From positions 89,671 to 153,670 of the forward strand of contig CAZLAD010000003.1 of NCBI GenBank assembly GCA_964557535.1: 64,000 bases of DNA, read 5' to 3'. The stretch comes from an uncultured Candidatus Saccharibacteria bacterium (GTDB lineage: Bacteria > Patescibacteriota > Minisyncoccia > Phycocordibacterales > CSBR16-119). A program made the position numbers and the translations under genes. Below, piece after piece: positions 1 through 10,472 of the stretch. Position 1 is the first letter of the stretch. The number at the start of each line of letters is the position of its first letter. The notes beneath the pieces were generated by a model. The model did no database searches. It was not told where the DNA came from and was given only the letters and a program-made list of their open reading frames with translations.

Positions 1-40
1 CAAATTTCTATGGCGTATTATATATTTTCAAAGTATAATA

Positions 41-2290
41 ATGTTGCAAATGTTTCTTTTTGTTAAAAAATGTAAATATATTTTCTTTTTCATAGTTGGT
101 ATTTTTGTATTTTCTAATCTAGTCTTTGCAAGTTCGATAGAAATTGTCAGTGTCTCATCTAACGAAGAATTGGGAAATGACACAAGCCAGCTCTCAGCCG
201 ATTTTAGAAGACCGATTTCTGCCGATGGTAGGTACGTAGCATTTCAGTCTAAGTCTAGTAATTTAGTTCCGTCTGATACTAACAACACCCGAGATATTTT
301 CGTTCGCGATCGGGAACTTAGGACAACGGAACGCGTGAGTGTAGATAGTCTGGGTGTTGAAGGGAATGGTTTCTCCTCGAATCCATCACTTTCTTCAAAT
401 GGCCGATATGTTGTTTTTGAATCGCTTGCTGACAATTTAGTTCCAAATGATACAAATTCCGCGCAAGATATCTTTATCCACGACCGAGAAACAGGTGTCA
501 CAGAGCGAGTGAGTGTAAATAGTGCCGAAGTAGAATCAAATGACAACTCTCTACTCGCATCTGTGTCTGCCGGTGGTCGCTACGTGGCTTTTCAGTCGAG
601 CGCTACAAATTTGGTTTCAGGCGATACCAATAATTCACACGATGTTTTTGTTCGTGACCGGGAACTTGGGACGACAGAACGAATAAGTATAAGTAATCTA
701 GGGATAGAGGGGAATCGTGATTCCATTTACCCAATGATTTCAGACGACGGTCGTTTCGTGGCCTTTCAATCATTTTCTTCAAATTTGATCGCAGGTACGA
801 TTTCGAGTAATATCTTTGTTTACGATAGGGATTTAAATAGTCTCGAGGTCGTTAGTGTTAGTAGCCTTGGTCAGACAGGGAACGACGTCTCCGAGTTCCC
901 GTTTATTTCTGGTAGTGGTCGTTATGTAGCATTTCAATCTTATGCTACAAATTTGGTTTCAGGCGATAACAATAACGATATAGATTTATTTTTTCACGAT
1001 AGACAGACTGGTGTGACAAAAAAAGTAAGCGTGAACCTTGCGGGCGGAAATTCCGAAGGTGTCTCTGGAAATATTAGTATTTCTTCGAATGGTAAATATA
1101 CAACATTTTGGTCTACTGCGGATAGTTTGATTTTAGAAGACAATAACGACGAGTCTGGCCATTTGGGTGTCATGGCGGTTAATTTTTTCTTGCATAATAC
1201 CGAAACAGGTGAGACACAGATAATTTCTAGAGATGCTCGTCATGGCCTACTTTCTTCTGATGGTAATGCGGTTATTTTTGAAGTAGCTGATTTGCAAATT
1301 GAAGGGGATAATAATGGTTTTTATGACATCGCTATTTTGGTGCTTGATCCAGTTTCGACAGATGATCAATCGGGTTCTGGCTCGATTGGTTTTAGTGTTG
1401 CTGGATGTACCAATCCGTTGGCGGTCAATTACAATCCAAATGCGATTGTCGAAAATGAATCATGTATTTTTGATAATAGTTCACCAGATTTTGAAAGTAA
1501 CATTTTTATACCAGGTAAATTTGAAATAGACGATGGGGGGATAGCAGGGGAGGTTAAGGGATTTGTAAACGAGGTTCGTTCAGACGTTTCGGATGTAGTA
1601 GAAAAATTACCAAAGGGATTTATTAGGAACACTTCGTTTCTAGGGCTCGTTTTTCCGGCCTTGGCGTCTTTTGTTTTACCATCACAGAAAATACTTGGAA
1701 CGGTGTTTCATTTTTTAAACCTGCTTTTAATGATGGTGGGATTTCAGAAGAAGAAAAAGTCCTGGGGAGTGGTTTATGATTCAGCAACAAAAAAGCCAAT
1801 CATTTCTGCCAGTGTTTCTCTCCAAAATAACGAAGGTCAAGAGATTTACACCACAAAAACAGATTTCAAGGGACAATTTAATTTTTCTCCAGAACCAGGA
1901 CAGTACCATCTAGTTGTTAGAAAAGACGGTTATCAGTTTCCGTCAAACAAATTAACCGGCGAATATGATGATGGCAAATACGATAACTTATATTTTAGTG
2001 GAGAATTTAATGTTACAAGTAAAGATGAAATGATTTATAAAAATATCCCGCTAGACGCTATTTCATTTGATTGGTCTCAATACATAAAATCAGAAATTCA
2101 AAAAACGACCAGTTTTCAATTTGCAAAAAATGGATTTTGGCAGGATTTTTCGACCGCTATATTTTTTGTTGGAGGTGTTGCGTCCGTCGTCGCATGTATA
2201 GTTTCTCCGTCAGCGCTCAATCTAACAATTACGGGACTTTATCTGACTTTACTTGTTCTTGGGATGGGCATGAAGACCAAGACGCAGTAA
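41..2290 (+). CDS. Secreted/surface protein: TolB-like (PD40) beta-propeller, GCT..NYNP..SC motif, TM segments, carboxypeptidase-regulatory-like C-terminal module
   Basis: Signal-like N-terminus; repeated ISADGRYVAF.S.A.NLV.GDTN...DIFVRDR units; C-terminal WGVVYDSATKKPI...YKNIPLD module. Confidence 0.8.
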   Translation: MLQMFLFVKKCKYIFFFIVGIFVFSNLVFASSIEIVSVSSNEELGNDTSQLSADFRRPISADGRYVAFQSKSSNLVPSDTNNTRDIFVRDRELRTTERVSVDSLGVEGNGFSSNPSLSSNGRYVVFESLADNLVPNDTNSAQDIFIHDRETGVTERVSVNSAEVESNDNSLLASVSAGGRYVAFQSSATNLVSGDTNNSHDVFVRDRELGTTERISISNLGIEGNRDSIYPMISDDGRFVAFQSFSSNLIAGTISSNIFVYDRDLNSLEVVSVSSLGQTGNDVSEFPFISGSGRYVAFQSYATNLVSGDNNNDIDLFFHDRQTGVTKKVSVNLAGGNSEGVSGNISISSNGKYTTFWSTADSLILEDNNDESGHLGVMAVNFFLHNTETGETQIISRDARHGLLSSDGNAVIFEVADLQIEGDNNGFYDIAILVLDPVSTDDQSGSGSIGFSVAGCTNPLAVNYNPNAIVENESCIFDNSSPDFESNIFIPGKFEIDDGGIAGEVKGFVNEVRSDVSDVVEKLPKGFIRNTSFLGLVFPALASFVLPSQKILGTVFHFLNLLLMMVGFQKKKKSWGVVYDSATKKPIISASVSLQNNEGQEIYTTKTDFKGQFNFSPEPGQYHLVVRKDGYQFPSNKLTGEYDDGKYDNLYFSGEFNVTSKDEMIYKNIPLDAISFDWSQYIKSEIQKTTSFQFAKNGFWQDFSTAIFFVGGVASVVACIVSPSALNLTITGLYLTLLVLGMGMKTKTQ

Positions 2291-2294
2291 AGTG

Positions 2295-2334
2295 AAATCA
2301 AAAGGCGCAACCAGAGGTTGCGCCTTTTGATTTT
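2295..2334. terminator. Bidirectional intrinsic terminator
   Basis: aaatcaaaaggcgcaacc-aga-ggttgcgccttttgattt between convergent genes. Confidence 0.8.
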
Positions 2335-4371
2335 TTATCTTTTCGATTCTATTTCAGTACTCGCTACACTTTCTTCTGTTGAATCAGATGTCTTTGGTAT
2401 TTTAGGGAGCGAATCCAAAACTGTTGCAGTTTGTGAGGACTTGGCCTTTTCTACCATTTCTGGCGACTTGGTAATTTCGGAAGTTTTCATTTTTTCCGAT
2501 TCGAGTCGGATTGGTCTCTTGTTCGTATTAACGAGAGCGATCGGCTTTCTTGGTTTTACTACGACATTTGGATTGATCCAGTTTGTAGTAACAGAATTTG
2601 ATAGAGCAGGAGCAGATTCTCCGGCGGAATTTACTGCCACAACAGAAAATGTATAGGTCGTGTTGTTAGAAAGTCCTGCAACGGTGATAGGGCTTGTTGT
2701 TCCGTTAAATACGATATTTCCTGGAATCGAAGTCACTATGTAATTTGTAGCAACAGGGCCACCATTTGGGATGGTAAATGATACGACGGCTGTTCCGCTT
2801 ACACTACCGAGTGTTGCCGTGACAGACGTTGGGGCAGATGGTACAGACAGAGCTTGAACAATTTGTTCATCGAAAGTAAGCGCCCAGTTATGGAGATAGT
2901 TGCCCATGTATGCTGGTACGTTGGAGTCTTGGTAGGTGGCTTCTGTCATATCGCTGTCGCGAAGGTTTCCACGAGCAGAGCCTGGCCACTGAGATCCTGA
3001 CATAGATGCTGGTTCTCCTGTGTAAGCGTATCGAAGTCTTTGGTTGTTTCCCGTTGGCGTTGTATTCAGTGTGATTTTTACCGTATCTCCTGAAATTATT
3101 TCTACGTCAGTAATGGTTGCGGAGTTTGTATCGTCGGCATATTCAAAACCATAGTTTGCCTTTGCCAAGACAGCTGTTGTGTCAAATGCAAGTGGTGGAA
3201 CGGGTACATGGAACCGCGCCAGGATTTCATTCCCAGAAATTGTTATTTCTTCCGGCATGAGAGGCTTCCACTCTTCGCCATCAATGACTACTTTTTTATA
3301 TACTTTTGCATAGTATTCACCGAGTCTTCGAGTACTGTAATTTCGAAGGTGGTAGCCGTCGAAATAGTCGAGCATATATTTTGGTGCAACCATAATTATG
3401 TTGTCTGGGTTATTTTTGGCTGCATTGTATTGTCCTATCGCAATTCTGGGTGTCGCAAAGTTAAAACGTGTCCAAGAACTCATTTGATCTGTAAACATTA
3501 GTACTGACTCACTTTGTCCAGTGATAGCTTGGATGTCGCTTTCGTAGTCTTGTTGCCATTCGACGAGGTATTCCTCATATTGTTCTGCGGTGGTATTCCA
3601 GAGCTCGTCTGTCTCTCCATGGATAACCGTAAACGCTGGCACGACAAGTGTTTTATTGTTTGAAAACAAAGAAATTGATTTTGATGAAGCAATGGTATTG
3701 AGAGCGTTTTCATATGCTGGTGTCCCTTGCTTGATTTCTAAATAGGATGCCGCGTTTTGCGCGTGCATACTAAAAATTGTTGAATAATTAGGACTAAAAT
3801 AAGACGAAATACTGTTGGCCATGGAACTCGACATTGTCTCTGTTCCCGGCATTCCACCGTAAATCGTTTCTTGGAGAGGTGAAAAAGAAGATCCTCCAAC
3901 GGAGAGCATTTTATTGTAATATGGCTGGGTCGTTGTGAGGGCAGGGAAAGAATTGTAACCAGTCGCCAAACTTTGGCCGGTTGAGATGATGTGATTGTTC
4001 GAAGAATTATAGATCCATTCGTGAGAAGGTTCTACCGTGATGATATTTGATGGCGTGCTTGTTTCGCTTCCAGAGATAGTCGAAACCCTAAAATCATACG
4101 ATGTTCCATTGGTGAGATTTGGAATAGTTATTCCAGAAGTGGTTGATTGTTCGTGTGGAAAAATACTCCAAACACTGCCTTGTGTTGGTTTGTATTCAAT
4201 CAGGTAGTTCGTTGCCTGGGGAACATCTATCCATTGCAAAAATACGGCACTGTTTTTTGAATCTCCAACCAAAAGAGACGGTGGTAAAGTGTCCGCTAAA
4301 ACGGGGCTTGTAACAGCAAAAGAAAGGATAATTGCCAGAGTTAAGAATATTTTTTTCATTGCTTTCATCAT
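2335..4371 (-). CDS. Secreted FN3-domain protein with SGNH/sialate O-acetylesterase-like domain (start 4371, 4368 or 4359)
   Basis: Signal peptide MKKIFLTLAIILSF..ADT; two FN3 motifs (LTNGTSYDFRV, LSNNTTYTFSV); GQS, HGETD, DGYH motifs. Confidence 0.7.
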   Translation of the reverse strand: MMKAMKKIFLTLAIILSFAVTSPVLADTLPPSLLVGDSKNSAVFLQWIDVPQATNYLIEYKPTQGSVWSIFPHEQSTTSGITIPNLTNGTSYDFRVSTISGSETSTPSNIITVEPSHEWIYNSSNNHIISTGQSLATGYNSFPALTTTQPYYNKMLSVGGSSFSPLQETIYGGMPGTETMSSSMANSISSYFSPNYSTIFSMHAQNAASYLEIKQGTPAYENALNTIASSKSISLFSNNKTLVVPAFTVIHGETDELWNTTAEQYEEYLVEWQQDYESDIQAITGQSESVLMFTDQMSSWTRFNFATPRIAIGQYNAAKNNPDNIIMVAPKYMLDYFDGYHLRNYSTRRLGEYYAKVYKKVVIDGEEWKPLMPEEITISGNEILARFHVPVPPLAFDTTAVLAKANYGFEYADDTNSATITDVEIISGDTVKITLNTTPTGNNQRLRYAYTGEPASMSGSQWPGSARGNLRDSDMTEATYQDSNVPAYMGNYLHNWALTFDEQIVQALSVPSAPTSVTATLGSVSGTAVVSFTIPNGGPVATNYIVTSIPGNIVFNGTTSPITVAGLSNNTTYTFSVVAVNSAGESAPALSNSVTTNWINPNVVVKPRKPIALVNTNKRPIRLESEKMKTSEITKSPEMVEKAKSSQTATVLDSLPKIPKTSDSTEESVASTEIESKR

Positions 4372-4485
4372 AACAGATTGAGGACTATTTGTCAATAGAT
4401 AATAATCCCATTACTACTCTTAATTCTAACACATTTTCTTCGGTATATTCTCTAGTTTCTGTTAAAATATAGAAGATAACTCCGT

Positions 4486-7400
4486 ATGCTTAATTTATCC
4501 CTAAAAAGGACCATATTCGTGAGGCTTTTTGTAATGGCCTTTTTAGTACTATTTGTTTTCTCTCATCACAAAGACGCAATACTCCTGTTGGCAGCATCAC
4601 CAACGGTAACAACTAGTGCAGCTTCCTCTGTTGCTAAAACAACCGCAACATTAAACGGAAGTATTTCCGATAACGGGGGAGAAAATGTCACAGAAGTTGG
4701 GTTTGAGTACGGACTCTCGGCAAGTTATGGTTCATCCACAACGACAACCAGTTCTTATACGTACAATTCTCACTTTGGTTCATCTGGTTCAGGGGACGGA
4801 CAGTTTAGTAGTCCCAATGATATCGAAATCGATTCTTTTGGGAATATTTTTGTAGTTGATAATGTAAACAATCGTATCCAAAAGTTTAATTCATCCGGAG
4901 TGTACGTCTCCCAGTTTGGTTCATCTGGTTCCGGCGACGGACAATTTAATCTAATAGGAGGCTTGGTAATTGATTCTTCTGACAATGTTTATGTTACAGA
5001 TTTTAATAATCACCGCGTTCAAAAGTTTAATTCATCCGGAGTGTACGTATCCCAGTTTGGTTCATCTGGTTCCGGCAACGGACAATTTAATCAACCTTTC
5101 GGGATAGAAATTGATTCTCTTGGAGACATATATGTTGCTGATTTTAATAATGACCGCATCCAAAAGTTTAATTCATCTGGAGTGTACGTCTCCCAGTTTG
5201 GTTCATCTGGTTCCGGCGACGGACAATTTAATTCTCCGACAGATCTTGTTTTTGATTCGTCTGGAAATATCTATGTTACCGACACGGGGAACAATCGCGT
5301 TCAAAAGTTTAATTCATCCGGAGTGTACGTCTCCCAGTTTGGTTCATCTGGTTCCGGCGACGGACAATTTAATTCTCCGACAGATCTTGTTTTTGATTCG
5401 TCTGGAAATATCTATGTTACCGACACGGGGAACAATCGCGTTCAAAAGTTTAATTCATCCGGAGTGTACGTCTCCCAGTTTGGTTCATCTGGTTTAGGTA
5501 ACGGGCAATTTAGTCAACCAACAGGTATAAAACTTGATTCGTCTGGAAATATTTACGTTTCTGAATTAACTGGCGGAAAACGTGTTCAAAAATTTAATTT
5601 ACGAATCGACCCAACTCAAATCACTGGTCTTACGTGTGGGACGACGTATCATTTCCGTGCCTATGCCGAAAATGCAGATGGAACGTCGTACGGAGATGAC
5701 ACAACCTTTACGACATTGACCTGTGAACCACCAGAAGTTGACACGGTCAGTGCGACAAGCGTCTCCCAAACAACAGCCACATTAAATGGCCTCTATGTCG
5801 ACATGCCGGTTGTGCCTGGACTTACTAGGGGTTTTCAGTACGGTCCTACAACTAGTTATGGTCAATCTGTTTCTGAAAATGGCAACGAATATGTCTCCCA
5901 GTTTGGTTCATCTGGTTCCGGTAATGGCCAATTTAATGCGCCCCAAAGTCTAGTTATTGGATCTTCGGGGGCTATATATGTTGCTGACACAGGGAATAAC
6001 CGCGTTCAAAAATTTGATTCGAGTGGAAATTGGATTCTCAATATTACAGGTAACAGTGGGGCATTTAGCTCTCCTTCGAGCGTCTATGTTGATGCTAGTG
6101 AAAATGTCTATGTCTCTGACACGGGGAACAACCGCGTTCAAAAATTTGATTCGAGTGGGAATTTTCTATTAGAAATCGGTACCGGACTTTTTGGAGCAAC
6201 TTTTACTGTGGCGGTAGATGCAAGTGGAAATATCTACGTTGCCGATGTTGATGCCAACAGAATTGCCAAGTTTGATTCTTCCGGAAATTATCCATCTGAT
6301 TTTGCTTCCGGAGAAGTGTCGGTGCCGTATTCGATAGATTTTGATTCTAGTGGTAACGTCTATGTTGCTGACGCTGGTTTTACTTCTATTCGAGTTTTTA
6401 ATTCTGCGGGGACACTTATGACTGATTTGGCTACCGGGCAGTTTGGTTCGATTTTTTATGCGGATGTTGATAGTCATGATCATCTATATGTTGTTGATCA
6501 AGATAACGTCAGGATTTTGAAATACAATACTTCTGGTACACTTCTGTACGAACTTGGAGGAGTAAGCGGTACGGGTAACGGAGAGCTTTCTTTGCCTTAT
6601 GGTGTTACTGCAGATTCCAGTGATAACATCTATGTGGCCGATTCTGGCAATCATCGTATTCAAAAATTTAGTTTAGATTTTTCCCTCCCGATTTCTTCTT
6701 TAGGATGCAGTGACACGTATCACTACCGTGCATTTGCGACCAATGCCGATGGTACTGGATACGGGGAGGATATGATTTTCACCGCAGGTAATTGTCCTCC
6801 AACGGGTGGCGGAGGTGACAACGATGGTTGTACAGATCCAACAGCTGATAATTATGACCCCGATGCTGAGAATGATGATGGTTCGTGTGAATTTTGGGGA
6901 TGTATGGATCGCGATGCAACAAACTTTGATCCAACCGCGAATGTCCCCGTCAATGATTACTGTATCTATACCCCCGGCGCATTTCCCGGTTGTACTGACA
7001 TTCTTGCGACGAATCATGATCCAAACGCAACAGTTGATGATGGATCTTGTCTGTATGGAGTTTTTGGTTGCATGGACACAACGGCAACAAATTATAATTC
7101 AAGCGCAGTGTACAGTGATGGGTCTTGTGAATATGACGGTGGTCCAATTACGACACTCGGTTGTATGGATTCCGGTGCGCTAAACTTTAATCCTTCTGCA
7201 AATGTTGACGATGGGTCTTGTGATTTTCCAGACCCACTCGTATATGGCTGTACAGATGTAAGTGCATCCAATTTCAATCCATCTGCAAATGAAGACAATG
7301 GCTCATGTTCGTATATCAATCCTGATAATCCAGGAATTGGTCAAACTATCTCGCACATTTCTCAATTTATCGGAAATTTACCAGAAGTCGTAACTATTCC

Positions 7401-8310
7401 AATTGTTGCTGTTGGGGTGGTGGCTCCAAGTCTTTTGCTTAATTTCTTGCAACCGGGTCTCATCGCTGGAGCACTCATCCGTCTTTGGAATCTTATCCCA
7501 ATCCTCATGGGTTACAGGCGAAAGAAGCGTCCATGGGGCACCGTGTATGATTCTGTAACCAAGCAACCACTAGACCCTGTTTATGTAAAACTTCTTGATC
7601 AAAACGGACAAGAAAGAGGAACATCTATTACCGATCTTGACGGTCGATACGGATTTCTTGCAGAGGCTGGCACGTATACACTTTCTGCTAACAAAGACAA
7701 TTATATTTTCCCTTCGACAAAACTTTCTGGCAAAAGTGAAGACGAACTGTATCACAATCTGTATTTTGGCGGACCGGTAGAGCTTGCCGAAAAAGAGGGA
7801 GTAATTTACAAAAACATTCCGATGGATGCTATCAATTTCAACTGGAATGAATTTGCAAAAGCAGAAAATAAAAAATTGATGAAGTTTTATTCTAAGCGTG
7901 ATTTGTTTTTTGCCCGTATCGCGAATACTTTATTCATTGCTGGATTTGTTTCTTCGGTAATTCTTTTCCTTACCAATATGTCGACACTCAACAGTATTAT
8001 TTTGGGACTCTATGTTTTGATCCTTGTCTTGAGATTTTTTGGTATCAAGCCAAAACAAAGTGGCTACGCTTTTGATGTTGATGGCACACCACTATCGTTT
8101 GGAATACTCCGACTCTTTTCTGTCGAGCTTGGTAGGGAAGTCGCTCATACTGTAGTCGGTAAAACTGGCCGATACTATATGCTTACTCCAAACGGAGAAT
8201 ACTATCTAAAGGTTAGCAAGAAAACGGGAGAAGACTCATATGAGGAAGTTCTAACTACAGGGGCGTTTCGGGTGAAAGGAGGGTATGTTAATGAAAAAAT
8301 TAGTCTATAA
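4486..8310 (+). CDS. Large surface protein with NHL-repeat propellers, FN3-like parts, GC.D..A.N(Y/F)...A..DDGSC repeats and the same C-terminal module as 41..2290
   Basis: NHL repeats (FGSSGSGDGQF..P..D..GNIYV.D..N.R.QKF); six GC.D..A.N repeats; WGTVYDSVTKQPLD. Confidence 0.85.
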   Translation: MLNLSLKRTIFVRLFVMAFLVLFVFSHHKDAILLLAASPTVTTSAASSVAKTTATLNGSISDNGGENVTEVGFEYGLSASYGSSTTTTSSYTYNSHFGSSGSGDGQFSSPNDIEIDSFGNIFVVDNVNNRIQKFNSSGVYVSQFGSSGSGDGQFNLIGGLVIDSSDNVYVTDFNNHRVQKFNSSGVYVSQFGSSGSGNGQFNQPFGIEIDSLGDIYVADFNNDRIQKFNSSGVYVSQFGSSGSGDGQFNSPTDLVFDSSGNIYVTDTGNNRVQKFNSSGVYVSQFGSSGSGDGQFNSPTDLVFDSSGNIYVTDTGNNRVQKFNSSGVYVSQFGSSGLGNGQFSQPTGIKLDSSGNIYVSELTGGKRVQKFNLRIDPTQITGLTCGTTYHFRAYAENADGTSYGDDTTFTTLTCEPPEVDTVSATSVSQTTATLNGLYVDMPVVPGLTRGFQYGPTTSYGQSVSENGNEYVSQFGSSGSGNGQFNAPQSLVIGSSGAIYVADTGNNRVQKFDSSGNWILNITGNSGAFSSPSSVYVDASENVYVSDTGNNRVQKFDSSGNFLLEIGTGLFGATFTVAVDASGNIYVADVDANRIAKFDSSGNYPSDFASGEVSVPYSIDFDSSGNVYVADAGFTSIRVFNSAGTLMTDLATGQFGSIFYADVDSHDHLYVVDQDNVRILKYNTSGTLLYELGGVSGTGNGELSLPYGVTADSSDNIYVADSGNHRIQKFSLDFSLPISSLGCSDTYHYRAFATNADGTGYGEDMIFTAGNCPPTGGGGDNDGCTDPTADNYDPDAENDDGSCEFWGCMDRDATNFDPTANVPVNDYCIYTPGAFPGCTDILATNHDPNATVDDGSCLYGVFGCMDTTATNYNSSAVYSDGSCEYDGGPITTLGCMDSGALNFNPSANVDDGSCDFPDPLVYGCTDVSASNFNPSANEDNGSCSYINPDNPGIGQTISHISQFIGNLPEVVTIPIVAVGVVAPSLLLNFLQPGLIAGALIRLWNLIPILMGYRRKKRPWGTVYDSVTKQPLDPVYVKLLDQNGQERGTSITDLDGRYGFLAEAGTYTLSANKDNYIFPSTKLSGKSEDELYHNLYFGGPVELAEKEGVIYKNIPMDAINFNWNEFAKAENKKLMKFYSKRDLFFARIANTLFIAGFVSSVILFLTNMSTLNSIILGLYVLILVLRFFGIKPKQSGYAFDVDGTPLSFGILRLFSVELGREVAHTVVGKTGRYYMLTPNGEYYLKVSKKTGEDSYEEVLTTGAFRVKGGYVNEKISL
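5161..5493 (+). repeat. 141-bp coding tandem repeat (NHL unit), near-perfect at DNA level
   Basis: caaaagtttaattcatc.. recurs at 5161, 5302 and 5443; 47-aa unit duplicated exactly. Confidence 0.9.
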
Positions 8311-8422
8311 GTAGCCCTAGAAATATCTGGGGAAAACCTTGACTTTTGCGTACAGAAATGGTATAAACTAGACCAACGTTCATTGAAACGTTCACAATCA
8401 CAAAAACCCAAAACCCACCATC

Positions 8423-10192
8423 ATGAAGAGTCTTCTTTTCGCCGTTGTTGCGGCATTGTCCACTAGCTGGGCAATGGCTCAGCAGTTCCACTTGGATCCG
8501 GCGATCGGAAGCCATCTATTGGTGGTGAGATCGACGGAAGAAATATCCGGCGGTCATATCATTGTCGTCGGAACCGCAAGTAATCGCGCGGTAATAGCGC
8601 GGACTACTCCTTTGGGAGCGCTCGTCTGGACGAAGAACTGTGATCTGTCTTCCGAGTTCTGGTCGTGTGCCAAAACCACGGACGGCAACATCGTTGCCGT
8701 TGGCGTTCAATACCAAACAGGTGTGATCGCCAAATTCGATACGGACGGAAACGTTGTTTGGACGAAGACGGTTTCAACGCCCGACTCAACCATCACACTG
8801 CGTTCTGTTGTTGTCGTTAATGGCAATATCTACGTTGTTGGTGACAAATGGAAGTCATCACAACGAAGAGAGGTTCTGATCGGCCTCGATCAATCGGGCA
8901 ATATATTTTTGGCGAAGGAGTTGCAAAGCTCTGTAAACCAGATTGGTGCACGAAAAATCTTCCACCACAACAACCACTTGTTTGTGTTGGGGGATGGTCG
9001 GAATGGTTCGATCAAGGCCATGGCCATTGCGAAGTACACCCTTACCGGTGCGCTCGTTGCATACACGACCTTCGGCGGTTTTGGCCCAGATGATTACTTC
9101 CTTGACGCAGCGATGTATCAGGGCGGGACCGTTATGGCCTATCGAAACCTAAACGACATGGACAAGGTTCTGCTTGTAAGAGTAGACGAAAACCTTGGAC
9201 TTGTTGGATCGCCGATGGCTGTAAGCTCAAACTTCGCTGGAGATAACTGGGCCATGACTTCGGCCAGGCTCGGTACTTCTTCTGCTGGAGAACTTTACCT
9301 CTCTGGAGGGATGACCGGAAACAGTTACAACTGTGTTGGCTTGATGAAGATCTCATCAGCCTTCGCTCCGGTCTGGGGACAGAAGAATCTGTTTGGTAAG
9401 TTGCCAGCAGAAACGTCTGTTCTCGAGCTCTCCTCTGGAGATCTGTTGTGGAGCAAAACCCACAACGGAACCATGTTTGGGTCTGTGGCGGGTGCCAGGA
9501 TCTCGACAGTGTCCGCCCTGTCTGGAAGTCAAACAACCAGCTCTTACTGCGAGTCCATGACTCCGTTTGGGTTTGTGCTGTCGCCGGACATGGGTCCGTT
9601 TCCAGTAACTCCTCAAACGAGGATGGCGAACAACCTCAATTTGATTGAGGGGGTGCTCGGGTTTTCAAGCGCTACGCTTGGAGCGAATTCGTGCGGAGGA
9701 CTTCTGCCGGTTGAAATGCTTTCTTTTACAGGACAGCAAATTGACCAGACGGTTGGACTTCGCTGGGCTACAGGAAGCGAGCGTAACAATAGTCACTTCG
9801 ACGTGATGCGTTCGCGTGATGGTCTGGAGTGGAAAGAGATTGGACGAGTTGTCGGCAACGGCAACACCGTGACTCTAAGCGAGTATCAGTTTGTGGACGA
9901 GCATCCTTTCGAGGGTGTGAGTTATTACAAACTTGTCCAAGTGGATTACGACGGACAAACTGACTCGTCAGAGATGGTCGCGGTGGAGTTTACCTCCAAG
10001 CTCGTGGTTTATCCAAACCCACTTAATCGCGGAGAAATTTTGCGAGGCGTGGGGATGGAACCTTTCCAGATTTTCGATGGCGCCGGACGAGTAGTCTGGG
10101 AGGCTGTCGGAGAGACGGAAATAGATTTGCCTTCGGGTGCTTACACCCTGAGGACGAATTCGGGTCTCGCGACCCGAGTCATTGTGAACTAA
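8423..10192 (+). CDS. Secreted beta-propeller-like protein with Bacteroidota-type C-terminus (T9SS sorting-domain-like)
   Basis: Signal peptide; LPVEMLSFTG..LRWATGSERNNSHFDV..YYKLVQVDYDG; VYPNP..LPSGAYTLR. Confidence 0.75.
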   Translation: MKSLLFAVVAALSTSWAMAQQFHLDPAIGSHLLVVRSTEEISGGHIIVVGTASNRAVIARTTPLGALVWTKNCDLSSEFWSCAKTTDGNIVAVGVQYQTGVIAKFDTDGNVVWTKTVSTPDSTITLRSVVVVNGNIYVVGDKWKSSQRREVLIGLDQSGNIFLAKELQSSVNQIGARKIFHHNNHLFVLGDGRNGSIKAMAIAKYTLTGALVAYTTFGGFGPDDYFLDAAMYQGGTVMAYRNLNDMDKVLLVRVDENLGLVGSPMAVSSNFAGDNWAMTSARLGTSSAGELYLSGGMTGNSYNCVGLMKISSAFAPVWGQKNLFGKLPAETSVLELSSGDLLWSKTHNGTMFGSVAGARISTVSALSGSQTTSSYCESMTPFGFVLSPDMGPFPVTPQTRMANNLNLIEGVLGFSSATLGANSCGGLLPVEMLSFTGQQIDQTVGLRWATGSERNNSHFDVMRSRDGLEWKEIGRVVGNGNTVTLSEYQFVDEHPFEGVSYYKLVQVDYDGQTDSSEMVAVEFTSKLVVYPNPLNRGEILRGVGMEPFQIFDGAGRVVWEAVGETEIDLPSGAYTLRTNSGLATRVIVN

Positions 10193-10211
10193 GGTCCCTC
10201 GGGACCGAAAT

Positions 10212-10240
10212 GGGGGCCCGCTTCGGCGGGCCTTTTCATT
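10212..10240 (+). terminator. Intrinsic terminator
   Basis: ggcccgc-ttcg-gcgggcc followed by T-run. Confidence 0.75.
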
Positions 10241-10264
10241 TGGAATAAATATCAAAAGGGCTTA

Positions 10265-10400
10265 CCCCCCACACCAATATTTCCATCGCTTTTTATTTTG
10301 CCGATCGGACACATTTTCTCTCTATATATATGGTAATAATTTTAAGTTTAAGCTTGGTTTATTTTGAAAAAGCAAAATAATGGAAATATAGGTGTGGGGG
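10265..10400. repeat. Family B palindromic (MITE-like) element, copy B1
   Basis: Terminal inverted repeat CCCCCACACC..GGTGTGGGGG; interior similar to 29164..29297; flanks CTTA/CTTG. Confidence 0.8.
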
Positions 10401-10472
10401 CTTGCATTCTTAAACCGTCCATAGTAAAGTATCGGGACTAGTCTTTTGTGGACTATTTTTCTTTAAGAAGAA

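Noticed and set aside
4770-5500. Regularly spaced DNA repeats resembling a CRISPR array
   Set aside because: In-frame 141-bp NHL protein repeats; no unique spacers or cas genes
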